From Octopus sinensis (lineage: Eukaryota), in NCBI RefSeq assembly GCF_006345805.1, contig NC_042997.1, positions 125,240,001-125,304,000 on the forward strand: a stretch of DNA of 64,000 nt, given 5' to 3'. Below are positions 12,691-25,367 of the stretch, piece by piece (positions within the stretch are counted from its first letter, which is position 1; each line of letters starts with the position of its first letter). Both the position numbers and the translations under genes were made by a program. The notes beneath the pieces are model-generated. The model was not told the origin of the DNA. It was given only the letters and a program-made list of their open reading frames with translations, and did not search any database.

Positions 12691-13314
12691 TATATATATA
12701 TATGCAGAGAGAGGGAAAAAGAAAAAAAGAGTGAGTCAGTGGGTGAGTGAGGGAGGGAGTGAGTGACTGAGAGCATATTCAACCATATGTATGTAGAAGT
12801 TGCAGTTCACATTTTGCAAGGAAAAATAGTTATAGAAATCTACATGAAAATGAAACTCAAAAGAGCAAATAGCTTTTCAACTTGACGTTACATGTCAACT
12901 GTTATTAATGAATTTTCATAATTAAAAGCGCTCCCATGTTGAACACATTAACTTACAAAATAATTTACTAACATGATTAACAAATAGACTACTGCATACA
13001 AAATACGTAACTGCGAAATATATTATTATAATATCAAAGCCGCCATTAAAGTGAAGTAAATAAAGTCAGAATGTACATTACGTTTAATGTTAAACACTAC
13101 ACGATTAATTAATAGCAACAGATCGTTTCAGCTTAAAATCCAGTTAGACGCTATCCAATTAAGATACTTCATCACTTCTGTTTCTAAAATGTCCTTACGT
13201 TCCTGTTGTGTCAACCTTTTATGAGCATCACATGAAGCTGTTACTTACATTGTTTAAAATCCCCTTTCGTGGTGGTTTTGGCCATCGGCTCCTAAATGAT
13301 CGTCTTCGGTCCCA

Positions 13315-13716
13315 TCTAAATCTCTCTATATATAAAGCTGAAGTTGACTGTGTACGGCAGGTTTGGCAGCCTTCAACTAACACTATCTCCTCTGAGATCC
13401 TGCAGCACAAGTTGACCAAAATTGAAAGTATGATAGAAGAAGGCTTGTCCTTCCTTCCGTAGAAGGAGAAATTCAAATCGGAACATGTTAACACCAAAAA
13501 TTATTTACATCAAAAAGGTGCTTTTTTATTCTATGAAAATCCCTATTTTTTACGATTTTTTAACTGCTGTGTCGCCATTTTTCGGTGTATTTCAACCAGA
13601 AAAATGTTCCACTTAAAGAGAATAACAAGCTACATAAGGCAAAAGTTTTACTTTTCAAAAATTCCAATTCTAAAGAGTCGAAACAAACCCGAGCAACGCC
13701 GGGCGATTACTGCTAG
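13315..13716 (+). mobile_element. Non-autonomous Helitron (~400 bp)
   Basis: 5' A|TC...tctctatatataaa start. The 3' hairpin cccgagcaacgccggg is followed 10 nt later by CTAG|T (13713-13716). No TSD, as expected for Helitrons. Confidence 0.65.
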
Positions 13717-13920
13717 TTACTTGATATTCCTGTCTTCAGAAAACTGTTCTTTGCCCTCTCAGTAGAAATTTCATCTCAAGCATTTTATTCCCACACCCCT
13801 ACGCAAAAGATTACAAAAGGTGGGCATGGATTTTTGAGTTTCTTCCCCTTGTTACCCAATCCGTGACCGGCTTATTGAGCACTACCTCCAAACGTTTGGC
13901 AAATAAGTGAGGCCATCTAA

Positions 13921-14140
13921 TATTCTTTTATTCTTTTATTTGCTTCAGTCATTTGACTGCGGCCATGCTGGAACACCGCCTATAGTCGAGAAAATCGACC
14001 CAGGACTTATTCTTTGTAAGCCTAGTACTTATTCTATCGGTCTCTCTTGCCGAACCGCTAGGTGACGGAGACGTAAACACACCAGTATCTGTTGTGAAGT
14101 GATGTTGGAGTCACAAACACAGACGCACAAACATACCCCT
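13921..14140 (-). mobile_element. SINE family B, 3' half
   Basis: Reverse complement of the family B tail (cagtcatttgactgcggccatgctgg...). Confidence 0.85.
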
Positions 14141-14146
14141 CACACT

Positions 14147-14211
<65 letters not shown>

Positions 14212-14584
14212 ATATATATATATATATATATAGTTAGTAAATTATTCTTTATTGTTATCTGTAATTTTCCCAACTTTTCCTCATGCAACGACAAAGCTTT
14301 CCTCTGCAGCTCTATTGCTGATACTTTCGACAAATTCTAACATTAATCTTTAAATTAACATAACACCAAAAGTTACAATTATGACAATTTTTGACGATCG
14401 GTGAAATTTAACTTTTCTATATCTTTTTCATCTGACACAAAAGATTTGTGAAACCACTGGGATTTCTTTTTTTTTTTCTTTCTATCTCATAAATTCCTTT
14501 TTATCTCCTATGTTCCCTTTAGATGTTGCCCTAAATAACTCTAGCTCTCATTACTCACAATTATCTATGTTCATTCATCATCAT

Positions 14585-14818
14585 TCTTATTTCTTTACTA
14601 CCCACAAGGGGCTAAACACAGAGAGGACAAACAAGGACAGAAAAACAGACTAAGTCGATTATATCGACCCCAGTGCGTAACTGCTACTTATTTAATCGAC
14701 CCCGAAAGGATGAAAGGCAAAGTCGACCTCGGCAGAATTTGAACTCGGAACGTAACGGCAGACGAAATACTGCTAAGCATTTCGCCCGGCGTGCTAAAGT
14801 TTCTGCCAGCTCGCCGCC
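14585..14818 (-). mobile_element. SINE family A, full length, tail type 2
   Basis: On the minus strand: ggcggcgagctggcagaa head, gagttcaaattc B-box-like motif, tail gtttagccccttgtgggtagtaaagaaataag. Confidence 0.9.
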
Positions 14819-15105
14819 ATTCATCATCATTCTATTCTCCATCCATTCCCATCACTATATCAATCTAGCCTCAAACTTCTTACCTAATACGTTTAAAATT
14901 ATACTGTTTCTTTCAAATTTTCCCATCTCACCACAGTTTCTGCAAATAAACTTAGTTTAACTCATAATTCGTTGTATCTAGATTATTCTCTCTCGCATGT
15001 TTGCTAAAGTAAAACATAGACCTCAAATAACTTCTAGTTTTCAATAATAGAAATATTAAAATTACTAAGTCTCTTTAAAAGAGATTACGACAGCGTTTCT
15101 GGAAA

Positions 15106-15235
15106 TTAATAGTTATCGCCATACTAATATGGCATTCTTAAAAATAAGAATAAAGCTGTCGTTTCATGGAGCTAATCAGTGACAGCTTTATTCTTATTTT
15201 TAAGAATGCCATATTAGTATGGCGATAACTATTAA
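15106..15235. repeat. Perfect 55-bp inverted repeat with 20-nt spacer
   Basis: 15106-15160 is the exact reverse complement of 15181-15235. Confidence 0.95.
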
Positions 15236-15580
15236 CTTCTAGTTTATTTTTCATGTTTTCAAAACTATATTATGTATTCGAAATGATTGCGAAAATGTGA
15301 GATGCATTTTCATACTTTTCTCGGCATTTATATTACCGGGTAACTTTGATAATTGTGAAGTTTGTTGTACAAGATTCCTTACCCTGGCACATATGCTACA
15401 CGCCTAATTACTTTTTAAAGGCTTTACAAAGACTGCCTGTTATACACGAAAATACGCATGCATATATATACCTACAAATACGCTTATATGTGTGTGTTTG
15501 TGTATAGTAATGCATGTATGTATAGACATATGTGAGTATATATGTGTACCTGTCTATTATTCAAGTTATATATATATATA

Positions 15581-15983
15581 GGCGCAGGAGTGGCTGTGTG
15601 GTAAGTAGCTTGTTTACCAACTACATGGTTCCGGGTTCAGTCCCTCTGCGTGGCACCTTGGGCAAGTGTCTTCTACTATAGCCTCGAGCCGACCAAAGCC
15701 TTGTGAGAGGATTTGGTAGACGGAAACTGAAAGAAGCCCGTCGTATATATGTATATATATATATATATATGTATGGGTGTGTATATATTTGTGTGTCTGT
15801 ATTTGTCCCATCCAACATCGCTTGACAACCGATGCTGGTGTGTTTATGTCCCTGTCACTTAGCGGTTCGGCAAAAGAGACCGATAGAATAAGTACTGGGC
15901 TTACAAAGAATAAATCCCGGGGTCGAGTTGCTCCAGCATGGCCGCAGTCAAATGACTGAAACAAGTAAAAGAGTAAAGAGTAA
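15581..15983 (+). mobile_element. tRNA-derived SINE family B (CORE-like central motif), full length
   Basis: Head ggcgcaggagtggctgtgtggtaag...ggttcagtccc; central ggcaccttgggcaagtgtc (CORE-like); internal TA/TG tract; (AAGAGT)-type tail. Confidence 0.9.
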
Positions 15984-16080
15984 TATATATATATATATAA
16001 AATATGGTGGTTTACTTCAGAGGTGATCTAAACGAGTAGGTATGCTTGGTAAGTGCTGTAACGGATTACATATATATATG

Positions 16081-16136
<56 letters not shown>

Positions 16137-16627
16137 GTGTGTGTGTGTGGTGTATTTATCTATATGTGTGTGTGTGTGTATATATAAAATATACATATAT
16201 ATACATATATATATAATATATATATATATATACACACATATATAAAATATATATGAAGAGAGAGATTGTGAAAGTGAGTGGGAGCGTGGAGAAAGACATG
16301 TGAGCGAAATAACTAAAGATGGATGGTTAAAATATTCTCACAATTTATGTAAGTAGGATGAACGAAATCTAATAATATAAAGAATCTTTCAATAAATTTA
16401 AATTTTCTATTTTTCAGAAGACATTTCAATTCATTGAGGGTATTTTGCGTACATCATCAATCAATATATCACCACTTACCTGAAAATACATATGCCTGTA
16501 TGTGTGTGTGTGTGTGTGTGCATGTGTGTGTGTGCATGTGTGTGTGTGTGTGTGCGTGTGTGTGTATGTGTATCTGCGTGTGTTTTAAACAATTTTTTTA
16601 CAAATTATCTCGAATATATATGTATAA

Positions 16628-16689
<62 letters not shown>

Positions 16690-16701
16690 GTATGTATATA
16701 T

Positions 16702-16759
<58 letters not shown>

Positions 16760-16885
16760 ATACACATGTATATACATATATGCAGAGAAACAGACACACA
16801 CACACAAATATATATATATTCACTGTGTAAACATAGATGCTCTCAACTACGTCACAATATACATATTCCCATAAAGCTTCTAATG

Positions 16886-16923
<38 letters not shown>

Positions 16924-17055
16924 ATATATATATTGTAATTTTCTAAGTACAGTTTCTATGTGATATTTAAAAAAGTGTTTGCCTATCTGATATCTAGATA
17001 TTGTGTCTTATTATATGGTATCTACCGTGATAGATACAATCATGGATGCAATATA

Positions 17056-18254
17056 TTGGGTTGGCAACTAAGTTCCCGCCGTTTTCTTTTTATTTAAATT
17101 TTTTAAAAGGGTTAATAAAAAATAAAAAATAATTAATCAATAATGTATTCACCCTTGTTTACAATTTCTTCCCAATGTTCAACTCGAAAAATTGATCCAA
17201 CTAAGGTCTCAATTCTGCATCAGTATTGAACGAAACTCCGCGCAAGGCATTTGAAAAAGATCGAAAGAGGTGGTAATCGTTGCTGCCAAATCAGGAGAGT
17301 ATGGCGGGTGTGACAGCACTCTCCAGCCATGCGTTTGAATGGCTTCCTTGGTCATATTGGCGATATGAGGGCGGACGTTGTCATGGAGCAGAAGAACTCC
17401 ATGCTGACGATTAGGTCTTTTCTCTTAAATCGCTCTGTTGAGTCGTTCCATTTGTTGAACATAGAGTTCCGCGTTGACCGTTTTATTCCGTTCAAGCAAT
17501 CCGTAATTGATAATCCTTTCCCAGTCCCACCATACGCACAACATCGTTTTACGCAGATGAAGATCTTGTTTCACGCGCGGTGTCGCTTGTTTACCGGGGC
17601 TAAGCCATTCCTTACGCTGCTTCATATTGATGTACAGGCACCATTTTTCAATGCCAGTAACGATTCGGTAAAGAAACCATTGCTTATGTCCATGTGTTGA
17701 GCGGTGACGAGGAAACAAAGCAGCGGAGATTGTGGCACGTTGATTTTTGTTGTTGTCACTTAAAGCATGCCGAAATCATGCTCCATTCTTCTGAACCTTT
17801 CCCATCAAGTGAAGCTGCTTATCTATAGCAGTGTGGGAGCATTCCATTTTCTCTGCCAGTTCCCTTGTTGTTTGACAAGAATTTTCGTGCAAAAGTTGGT
17901 TTAATCGCTCTTCATCGAACTCAACTGGACGGCCAGAATGAGGTTGCGTCTTTGAGGTCAACATTTCCATTTTTGAACTTGGCATACAAATCACGAGCAG
18001 TTCTTTCAGCTATGGCACCCTCTCCATACACAGTACAAATGTCGCGAGCAGCATTTGCGGCCTTAGAACCTTGATTAAAATAAAAAAAAAGGTGTCGAAA
18101 ATGCTCGTTTTTCTTAACTTGACATTCCATTTTAATGATGTGAAAATAAACAAAAATTAACTAAAACTAACTAGAAAAAAATAGATTCCAAAATTTAAAG
18201 ACGCAATAAATTCCAAAATTTTAAAAAGCGGCGGGAACATAATTGCCAATCCAA
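17056..18254 (-). mobile_element. Full-length, inactivated mariner transposon (DD34D; mellifera/cecropia-like)
   Basis: TIRs ttgggttggcaactaagttcccgccg and cggcgggaacataattgccaatccaa with TA on both sides. Transposase remnants from 18130: MECQVKKNEHFRHLFFYF, IVTGIEKW (D lost), HDNVRPH, HPPYSPDLAATDY. Frameshifts and stops throughout. Confidence 0.95.
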
Positions 18255-18609
18255 TAGTTTCTATGCATATCATACAGCGATCATTCTAGATGTGAGTATT
18301 TATGTGATATAGACGTACTCTGTTTTTCTAAACGTAATCTACACAATATATCAATCTCATATCAATGTCATATCTACAAAATATTTTCATTTTGATATTA
18401 TCTTCACACAGTTTGCTATCTATCTATCTATTACAAAATTTTAAAATGGCTATGCATTTTGAGATTCAGGTGAATTTTCAAACCCCAAAATAAATTTTCA
18501 TATATACATACATATATATTATGGGATAAAATTTTAAAACAATTTTATCAATGGCCATCATATTAAAAAATACGTTTTAAGGTGAAAATTATAAATAACT
18601 CATGAATAA

Positions 18610-18848
18610 GCATCGGTTGTGAAGCGATGTTGGGGGGACAAACACAGACACACAAACATATACAAACACACATACACACACACACATATATATACATACG
18701 ACGGGGTTCTTTCAGTTTTCGAGTACCAAATCCACTCACAAGGCTTTGGTTAGCCCGAGGCTATAGTAGAAGACACTTGCCCAAGGTGCCACACAGTGGG
18801 ACTGAACCCGGAACCATGTGGTTGGTAAGCAAGCTACTTACCAAACAG
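18610..18848 (-). mobile_element. SINE family B, 5' half
   Basis: Reverse complement of the family B head and core. Confidence 0.85.
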
Positions 18849-19897
18849 CATATACATATATATATATATATATGCTTGCAGTTTTTGTCTGTTTTTATTA
18901 TGCATCTATACACTGAGTGTCAAACAACATGATTGCTACACACTGTATAAATAAAACTTTTATGTATACACTGTCCATATATAATGGCTATCTCCACGCG
19001 AAATCAATGTGGACGCTATCTAGTTTCAATCAGGACTGTATACACGCACTGAGTATACCTAGATAATATTCCCAAAATATGCTTGTATATGTTCTATCTA
19101 CACACTGCCTGTCTGCTGTATATCTGCACGACATGTTAGTTGATGATATCTTTGTGTATCTGTGTACATACATCTTCTACATGCTGTGTTTCTATAGGTT
19201 AACTTTACAAAACGTATATTTATGTTTTAGATAGTATCTGGACTACACATTTTGTCTGTCTATATAGCTTCTACACATATTGCCTATCTAGTCGGTATGT
19301 ATAGTCAATGTTTGCTTGTATCTACACGAGTCTATTTAAATGTCTACATATTATAACTGCGTAAATAGTAACTACACATTATATCTATGAATGCATTGTA
19401 ACAATGTCGTAAAACTTTATACCCAACACAAAAAAGGAGACATTTTCTATAATTAATTATGGGAAATAATGTCAGTCTTATCTAGAGACTCAAGAGATTG
19501 CCTCCCTTTTGTATCTACATAACATATATTGCTTACATAGAAAAGCTTATGTATATACTTACGGACATACAGGCATGCAGGAATATACACATTTACATCG
19601 ATACGAAATAAAGAGAAACACATTCTCACTTAACATAGACACTAAAAACATACACATATATACATACAAACACAAAACCACTCAAGTATTAATGGTTCTA
19701 TGTTTTTTAGAGCCCATTCGGCCTGAATGTATGAATAATTATGTTTATTTTTGGTGAGGTGCGTATGTATATAAGGGTGTGTTGTGACTGAATGTTTGTA
19801 TGTCCATGTGTATAGTTATGTAGGTGAAACGTTTGTGTGCATACGTACGTGTGCGCCCGAAGGCATCTTACTAGTGATTTTAATTTTATATATATAT

Positions 19898-19929
<32 letters not shown>

Positions 19930-21233
19930 AAGTAATCTATTTAGCGAGGTTTTCTGCGTGTGTCCGTGTGAGTGTGTGTGCTGTTTTCTCCAGTATATGC
20001 GTTTATTATTATTATTTTTTTGTTTCTAATTGATACTCCCCTGTCATATTAAGTAGTTTTATTTGCCTTGGGGAATACAAGGCTGTTTGCTTGATGCACT
20101 GAAAGATTGCTAAATATGTGTTTGACAAAACAATTAAAACATTTGCTATGGTGCCAAATAGACTTGCTCTCCTCCAAAATAATGAGCCGACTGTAGAGGC
20201 TATCATTCCAACACACGGTACTGACTTAACAAAGGAAATTACTTCTCGAAGCTTTAGTTAAGAAGTTTGAAGGATCGTTATTTTTGGAAATAAGTTATCA
20301 CTTCTACTCACACAAGACAGTCTGAATTGAGGCTATGAGGAACTTTTTTACTAGCCCTCAGTCTGCTAGTAATAGCAGTGCTAGATTTCCTCCCGAATCA
20401 CACTTGACTGCCTTTAAAAATGAAGAACACATTGGATAGCATAATCATAGATAAATTATGCCTGCGAAAAACACAAAGATATGAACTTCATCATTGTTAG
20501 GTCTGCTTGAGCAAGGCTGACATGGGGATAAATCACAACAGCAAGAGGACGTACAGGTATTGTGGACAGAAATACACTATTGGGATATTGGATAGGGTGA
20601 GATAGACATGGGCAGAATGCCTTTGACCATAGACAACCTTGCTTTACTAATGCTTATTTTTGGTCTAAACAAGAAGGAAAGCTACGTTAGATATTGTAAT
20701 CATCAATACATTATTTAGAATCCTTTTGACCATAGGCAAGTCTGCTTGGGAAAAATTCCTGGTTTTAAACAGCAACAAGGAAGATCACATTACATTATTT
20801 ATTAATAGTTACACTATCTCTGAAATAATAAAAAAAAAAGGCAGAATAGTCACGAATGGACTCATTGATCATAGTTAATTTATTCAAAAGTACCCTTGGT
20901 AACAGCAAAATTGTCAACAAGAACAAGGGAAACACATCAAACAAATGTCTGTAATTTAGATACATGATCGACATTTTTAGAGCGTCCAGGGTGGTAGGAG
21001 ATGCCATCAACGTCAATATTTGAGTGGCATTTATAATATGGGAGCTGAAAGTATTAAAAGGCAATGTTGAACTGGGCGGGATTTGAACATAAAGAGCCGT
21101 AGGAAAACATTAAATAATGTAGCTATAGATACACTGATTTTTAGAAATATTAAATACACTGGTTTTTAGGAACATCAAAGAAATATTAAGCAGACGAGCT
21201 GAACACGGGGAGAAATTTTCTCCAGTCATAACG

Positions 21234-21428
21234 CGGCGAGCTGGCAGAATCGTTAGCACGCTAGAAAAATACTCTTATGTCTCTTTACTTTCTGAGTTCA
21301 ATTTCCCCAAATATCTACTTTACATTTCTTCCTTTCAGGGTCAATAAAATAAGTACCAATTGAGCACTGGGGTAAATATAATCACCAGCCTCTCCATGAA
21401 AATTGCTCGCCAAAATCTGAAGCCAATA
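21234..21428 (+). mobile_element. SINE family A, tail type 1
   Basis: gcggcgagctggcagaatcgttagcacg head; gtcaataaaataagtacc body. Confidence 0.8.
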
Positions 21429-21443
21429 TTTCTCACCACTAAC

Positions 21444-21850
21444 GAAGTGATCTGGCAGAATCGTTAGTTCTCCTTAGTTGTCCCCTCTATGTTTAGCCCC
21501 TTGTGGGCAATAAAGAAATAAGTATCGTTAGTTCTCCTTATTTGTCCTTGTTTGTCCCCTCTATGTTTAGCCCCTTGTGGGCAATAAAGAAATAAGTATC
21601 GTTAGTTCTCCTTGTTTGTCCTTATTTGTCCCCTCTATGTTTAGCCCCTTGTGGGCAATAAAGAAATAAGAATAGTTAGTTCTCCGGATAAAATGTTCAG
21701 CGGCATTTCGTCCGTCTGAGTCCAAATTCCGGAGAATTCGACTTAGCCTTTTATCCCTTTCGGTGTCGATAAAATAAATACCAGTTGAACACTGGCTTCA
21801 ATGTAACTGACGAAATTTGCTAGTTACGTGCCAAAATTTGAAAGCAATAT
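21444..21850 (+). mobile_element. SINE family A with three tail-type-2 modules stacked inside its head
   Basis: (tc)gttagttctcc recurs at 21461, 21525, 21599 and 21675, separating three ...gtttagccccttgtgggcaataaagaaataag modules. The SINE body resumes after 21685. Confidence 0.9.
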
Positions 21851-23162
21851 TTCTCAACATTGATTTGTTCCATCATGGCAGAACTAGGGAACTACCACGA
21901 CAGCAACAATAACTTCTCGAACTTTCTACGTGGCAGACGACTAAGTGTTTGTCATAATAACAGAAACTGTTTAGTGTATGACGACGTTTTACGAAGTGTG
22001 ACTCTATGTATCTGATTTCTGAACCGAGGAGAGAATATACAATGAAGACCGTCTATAGATCTATGAACTCCGACTGATATAATGTAAATTTGCAGATAAT
22101 TAACGTTAGCTTTGTTTCACTTAATCACTCACTTCTGACACATACTTTGTCATATTTAATCTGTGTTTATATTTATTTAATATATTTATTAATGTTTTCT
22201 ATATTGTCTGCTAGCTTATATATGCACAAACCATAAGTTCAAACAAGGCAGCACGCACAAAAGCCTATAAGCACATAGTAGACTCGTATATATTTAACAA
22301 GATACACCTTCAAGAATACACATATGTGTTTGCATTATATGTGTGTGAGTCTGTCTGTCTGTGTATGTATAAATATAAATATAAATATAAATATATATAT
22401 GTATATATAAGTTTCAAAAGTTATACATACATATATATGTATGTATGTATATATGTATAAAGTAGAGTGGTGGCATATTTATTTAATTTTTAATAATTGA
22501 AAATTCTAAAATATTGAACAATATTGTTGATAATTTAATAAAAAAAATATTAATTTCGGGTAACAATTTTAAAGTTACATACAGACTATGTCTCTGTTAG
22601 CCTTGTATTATTGCAAAACTTAAATGAATGTTATTGATTATGAAATTAGCAGCAAAGAATCAGTGTTATAAAAGCAAAATTTTTATTGCTTTTTTGTTAT
22701 TGAAAAGTGGCGGGTACATTTGGGGAGTTTTGGGTGGTGGTGATACATTCAGCTACTTTGGTCCGAGTAGCAGAAACCATTTTGCCATTATTTATGAACA
22801 TTGTTTTATTTTTATTTTATTTTATTTTATTTATATATATATATACATGTTTTTTATTTTCGACTGGAACTGAAAAATTGTCTCGGGTCTTCAGTTTCAG
22901 GCCATTGAGCTCCTCGTTCAGTAAATGAGACCGATACTATAACAACCAAACTCAATAAAGTAAGTATGGGGGACTGTTTGTTCGACAAAATCCTTGACGG
23001 CGATACTCCAGCATGACCACAATCCAAAAACTAGTAAAATATGTAAACGATAAAAATTATACATAGACACATGCATAACACATACACTCATACACAACAC
23101 ACACACACACACAACACACACACACACATATATATATATTATATATATATATATATATAATA

Positions 23163-23490
23163 CATATGCTCAATATAAAATAGCGTACATTTAAACACAA
23201 GAGGAACTACCTATAACAGGTAATTTTACACGCTAGAAGAAGCAGTCAAAAACGACCAAAACCATATTTAAGAAGAATTTCAAAGAGAATGAAAACTAAG
23301 AACTTTTACCATGTAAAAAAAAAATTTTGATAACAAGGTAAAAGTATTTTTTTATCTTTCATTCACTTCGAAATTTCTCTTAAATGTGGTTTTGGTCGTT
23401 TTGACTGCTCATTTTAGCGTGTAAAGATGACCTGTTAAATGGAAGTTTTCTCTTGTGTTTAAATGTACACTATTTCATGTTGAGAATATG
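23163..23490. mobile_element. Old fold-back element (degenerate ~145-bp inverted arms, ~26-nt spacer)
   Basis: 23163-23310 is complementary to 23337-23490 (for example gtacatttaaacacaagag / ctcttgtgtttaaatgtac). Confidence 0.75.
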
Positions 23491-23628
23491 TTGTTTAATG
23501 CCTTTTTATACATGCTAAGCCACTCGTAGTGAAATTTCTAAAAATATCCGCTACCCTCTATATTTTACGCATATATATTTACACATGTATTCATATATAT
23601 GTATGTATATGTGTACACACACACACAT

Positions 23629-23664
<36 letters not shown>

Positions 23665-23896
23665 ACACACCACACACACACACATATATATATATATCAT
23701 GTGTGTAGAGGGTTATAATTCAAGCTGTGTCCTCTTGAAGTACATCTACTCATTCCAGTACTCTAATTTCTTATATGTGGATGTAGTATTTCTGTGAGAT
23801 ATGCATAAGAGCCAAAAACTACGGGAAAATATTTTTTGCTAAGTAATTACATACCAAATCAAGAAATTGCAAAAATATTTTTCGATCGCCTATGTA

Positions 23897-23950
<54 letters not shown>

Positions 23951-24121
23951 TATATATACATATATGTGTGTGGTGGTGTGTGTGTGTGGTGTGTGTGTGT
24001 TTTGCTTCTCTTCTATTTTTAATGATTATATATCTTCCCACTGCAGGAGGGAGTCGGTTCCCAACAAAGATCCATATATTATGGATGTATGTATATGTAT
24101 GTATGTATTTATGTATATATA

Positions 24122-24248
<127 letters not shown>

Positions 24249-24511
24249 GTAAATATATATTATACATATGAAAAAATTCAGGTAGAACATGCTAACAGTA
24301 ATTTTATAAAAAACATTTCAGTACCGCTTTCATTCATTAAGACTTTTCAGCTGTAAGTAATGTAAAACAACTAAATTTTAGAAAATTAGAAAATATTTTT
24401 AAAAGAATATTTGCATAGAGTTCAAATACAAGTGGCATTTTCCTCGTTTCTGCCTGTTTCTGTTTTCTCTTGTGGGTTCGAGGTCGTTGTGAATTCTTGT
24501 ATATGAAAAAA

Positions 24512-24523
24512 TAAGAAGAAGAA

Positions 24524-24554
<31 letters not shown>

Positions 24555-24762
24555 AAGAGAAGAAGAAGAAGAAGAAGAAGAGAAAGAAAGTAGAGAAGAA
24601 GAAGAAAGAAGAAGAAGAAAAGAAGAAGAAGAAGAAGAAGAAGAAGACGAAGAAGAAGAAGAAGAAGAAGAAGACGAAGAAGAAGAGAAGAAGAAAGAAG
24701 AAGAAGAGAAGAAGGAAAGAAGAAGAAGAAGATGAAGACAAAGAAGAAGAAGAGGAAGAGGA
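24512..24762. repeat. Imperfect (GAA)n polypurine array
   Basis: Directly visible in the sequence. Confidence 0.95.
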
Positions 24763-24872
24763 ATGCGAGAGTGCCATGATAGTAGTATGTTAAATGTCAA
24801 GTGCCCTGAAAACGTCCCTTTGTTGCTAGTGGTAGTGATGATTGAAGCAATAGTGGTAAAGTTATATATATG

Positions 24873-24944
<72 letters not shown>

Positions 24945-24947
<3 letters not shown>

Positions 24948-25310
24948 GGTATTTCAAAAGTGGCCATACATAGGAACACTCTATCTTTTTAGAAGAAACA
25001 GTTTATAAGAACAGTTCTTTTTTATTTAACAGGCTCTATATGGTGACCATTGTTTTGAATAAACATTGCAATACGTTTACCCCACTCATTGTGAACTCAT
25101 AATAGCACATCTGGTGATACGTGTGCAAAGGAGTTGGTGATGCATTCCTTCAAATGATTTATGTATTTTATCTTTCAGTGATACACCATGCCTTTTAAAT
25201 GACCGCAAAGATAGAAATCAGGAGGGGTCTGATGAGGGGATCTAGGGGATCTTATAAACTGTTCCCATAAAAAAGGATTTTGCTTATGTATGGATACTTT
25301 TGAATACACC

Positions 25311-25313
<3 letters not shown>
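24945..25313 (-). mobile_element. Internally deleted Tc1/mariner-superfamily element inserted in (TA)n
   Basis: TIRs cagggtatttcaaaagtggccatacata and tatgtatggatacttttgaatacaccctg. C-terminal transposase remnant SPRSP..TPPDFYLCGHLKGMVY. A third TIR fragment lies at 25370-25410. Confidence 0.85.

Positions 25314-25367
<54 letters not shown>

Noticed and set aside
19850-19990. Second Helitron end (gcccgaaggc...ctagt)
   Set aside because: The hairpin is very short and no matching 5' end could be linked to it.
21461-21685. CRISPR-like pattern of short repeats with intervening segments
   Set aside because: The intervening segments are near-identical SINE tails rather than unique spacers, there are no cas genes, and the context is eukaryotic.
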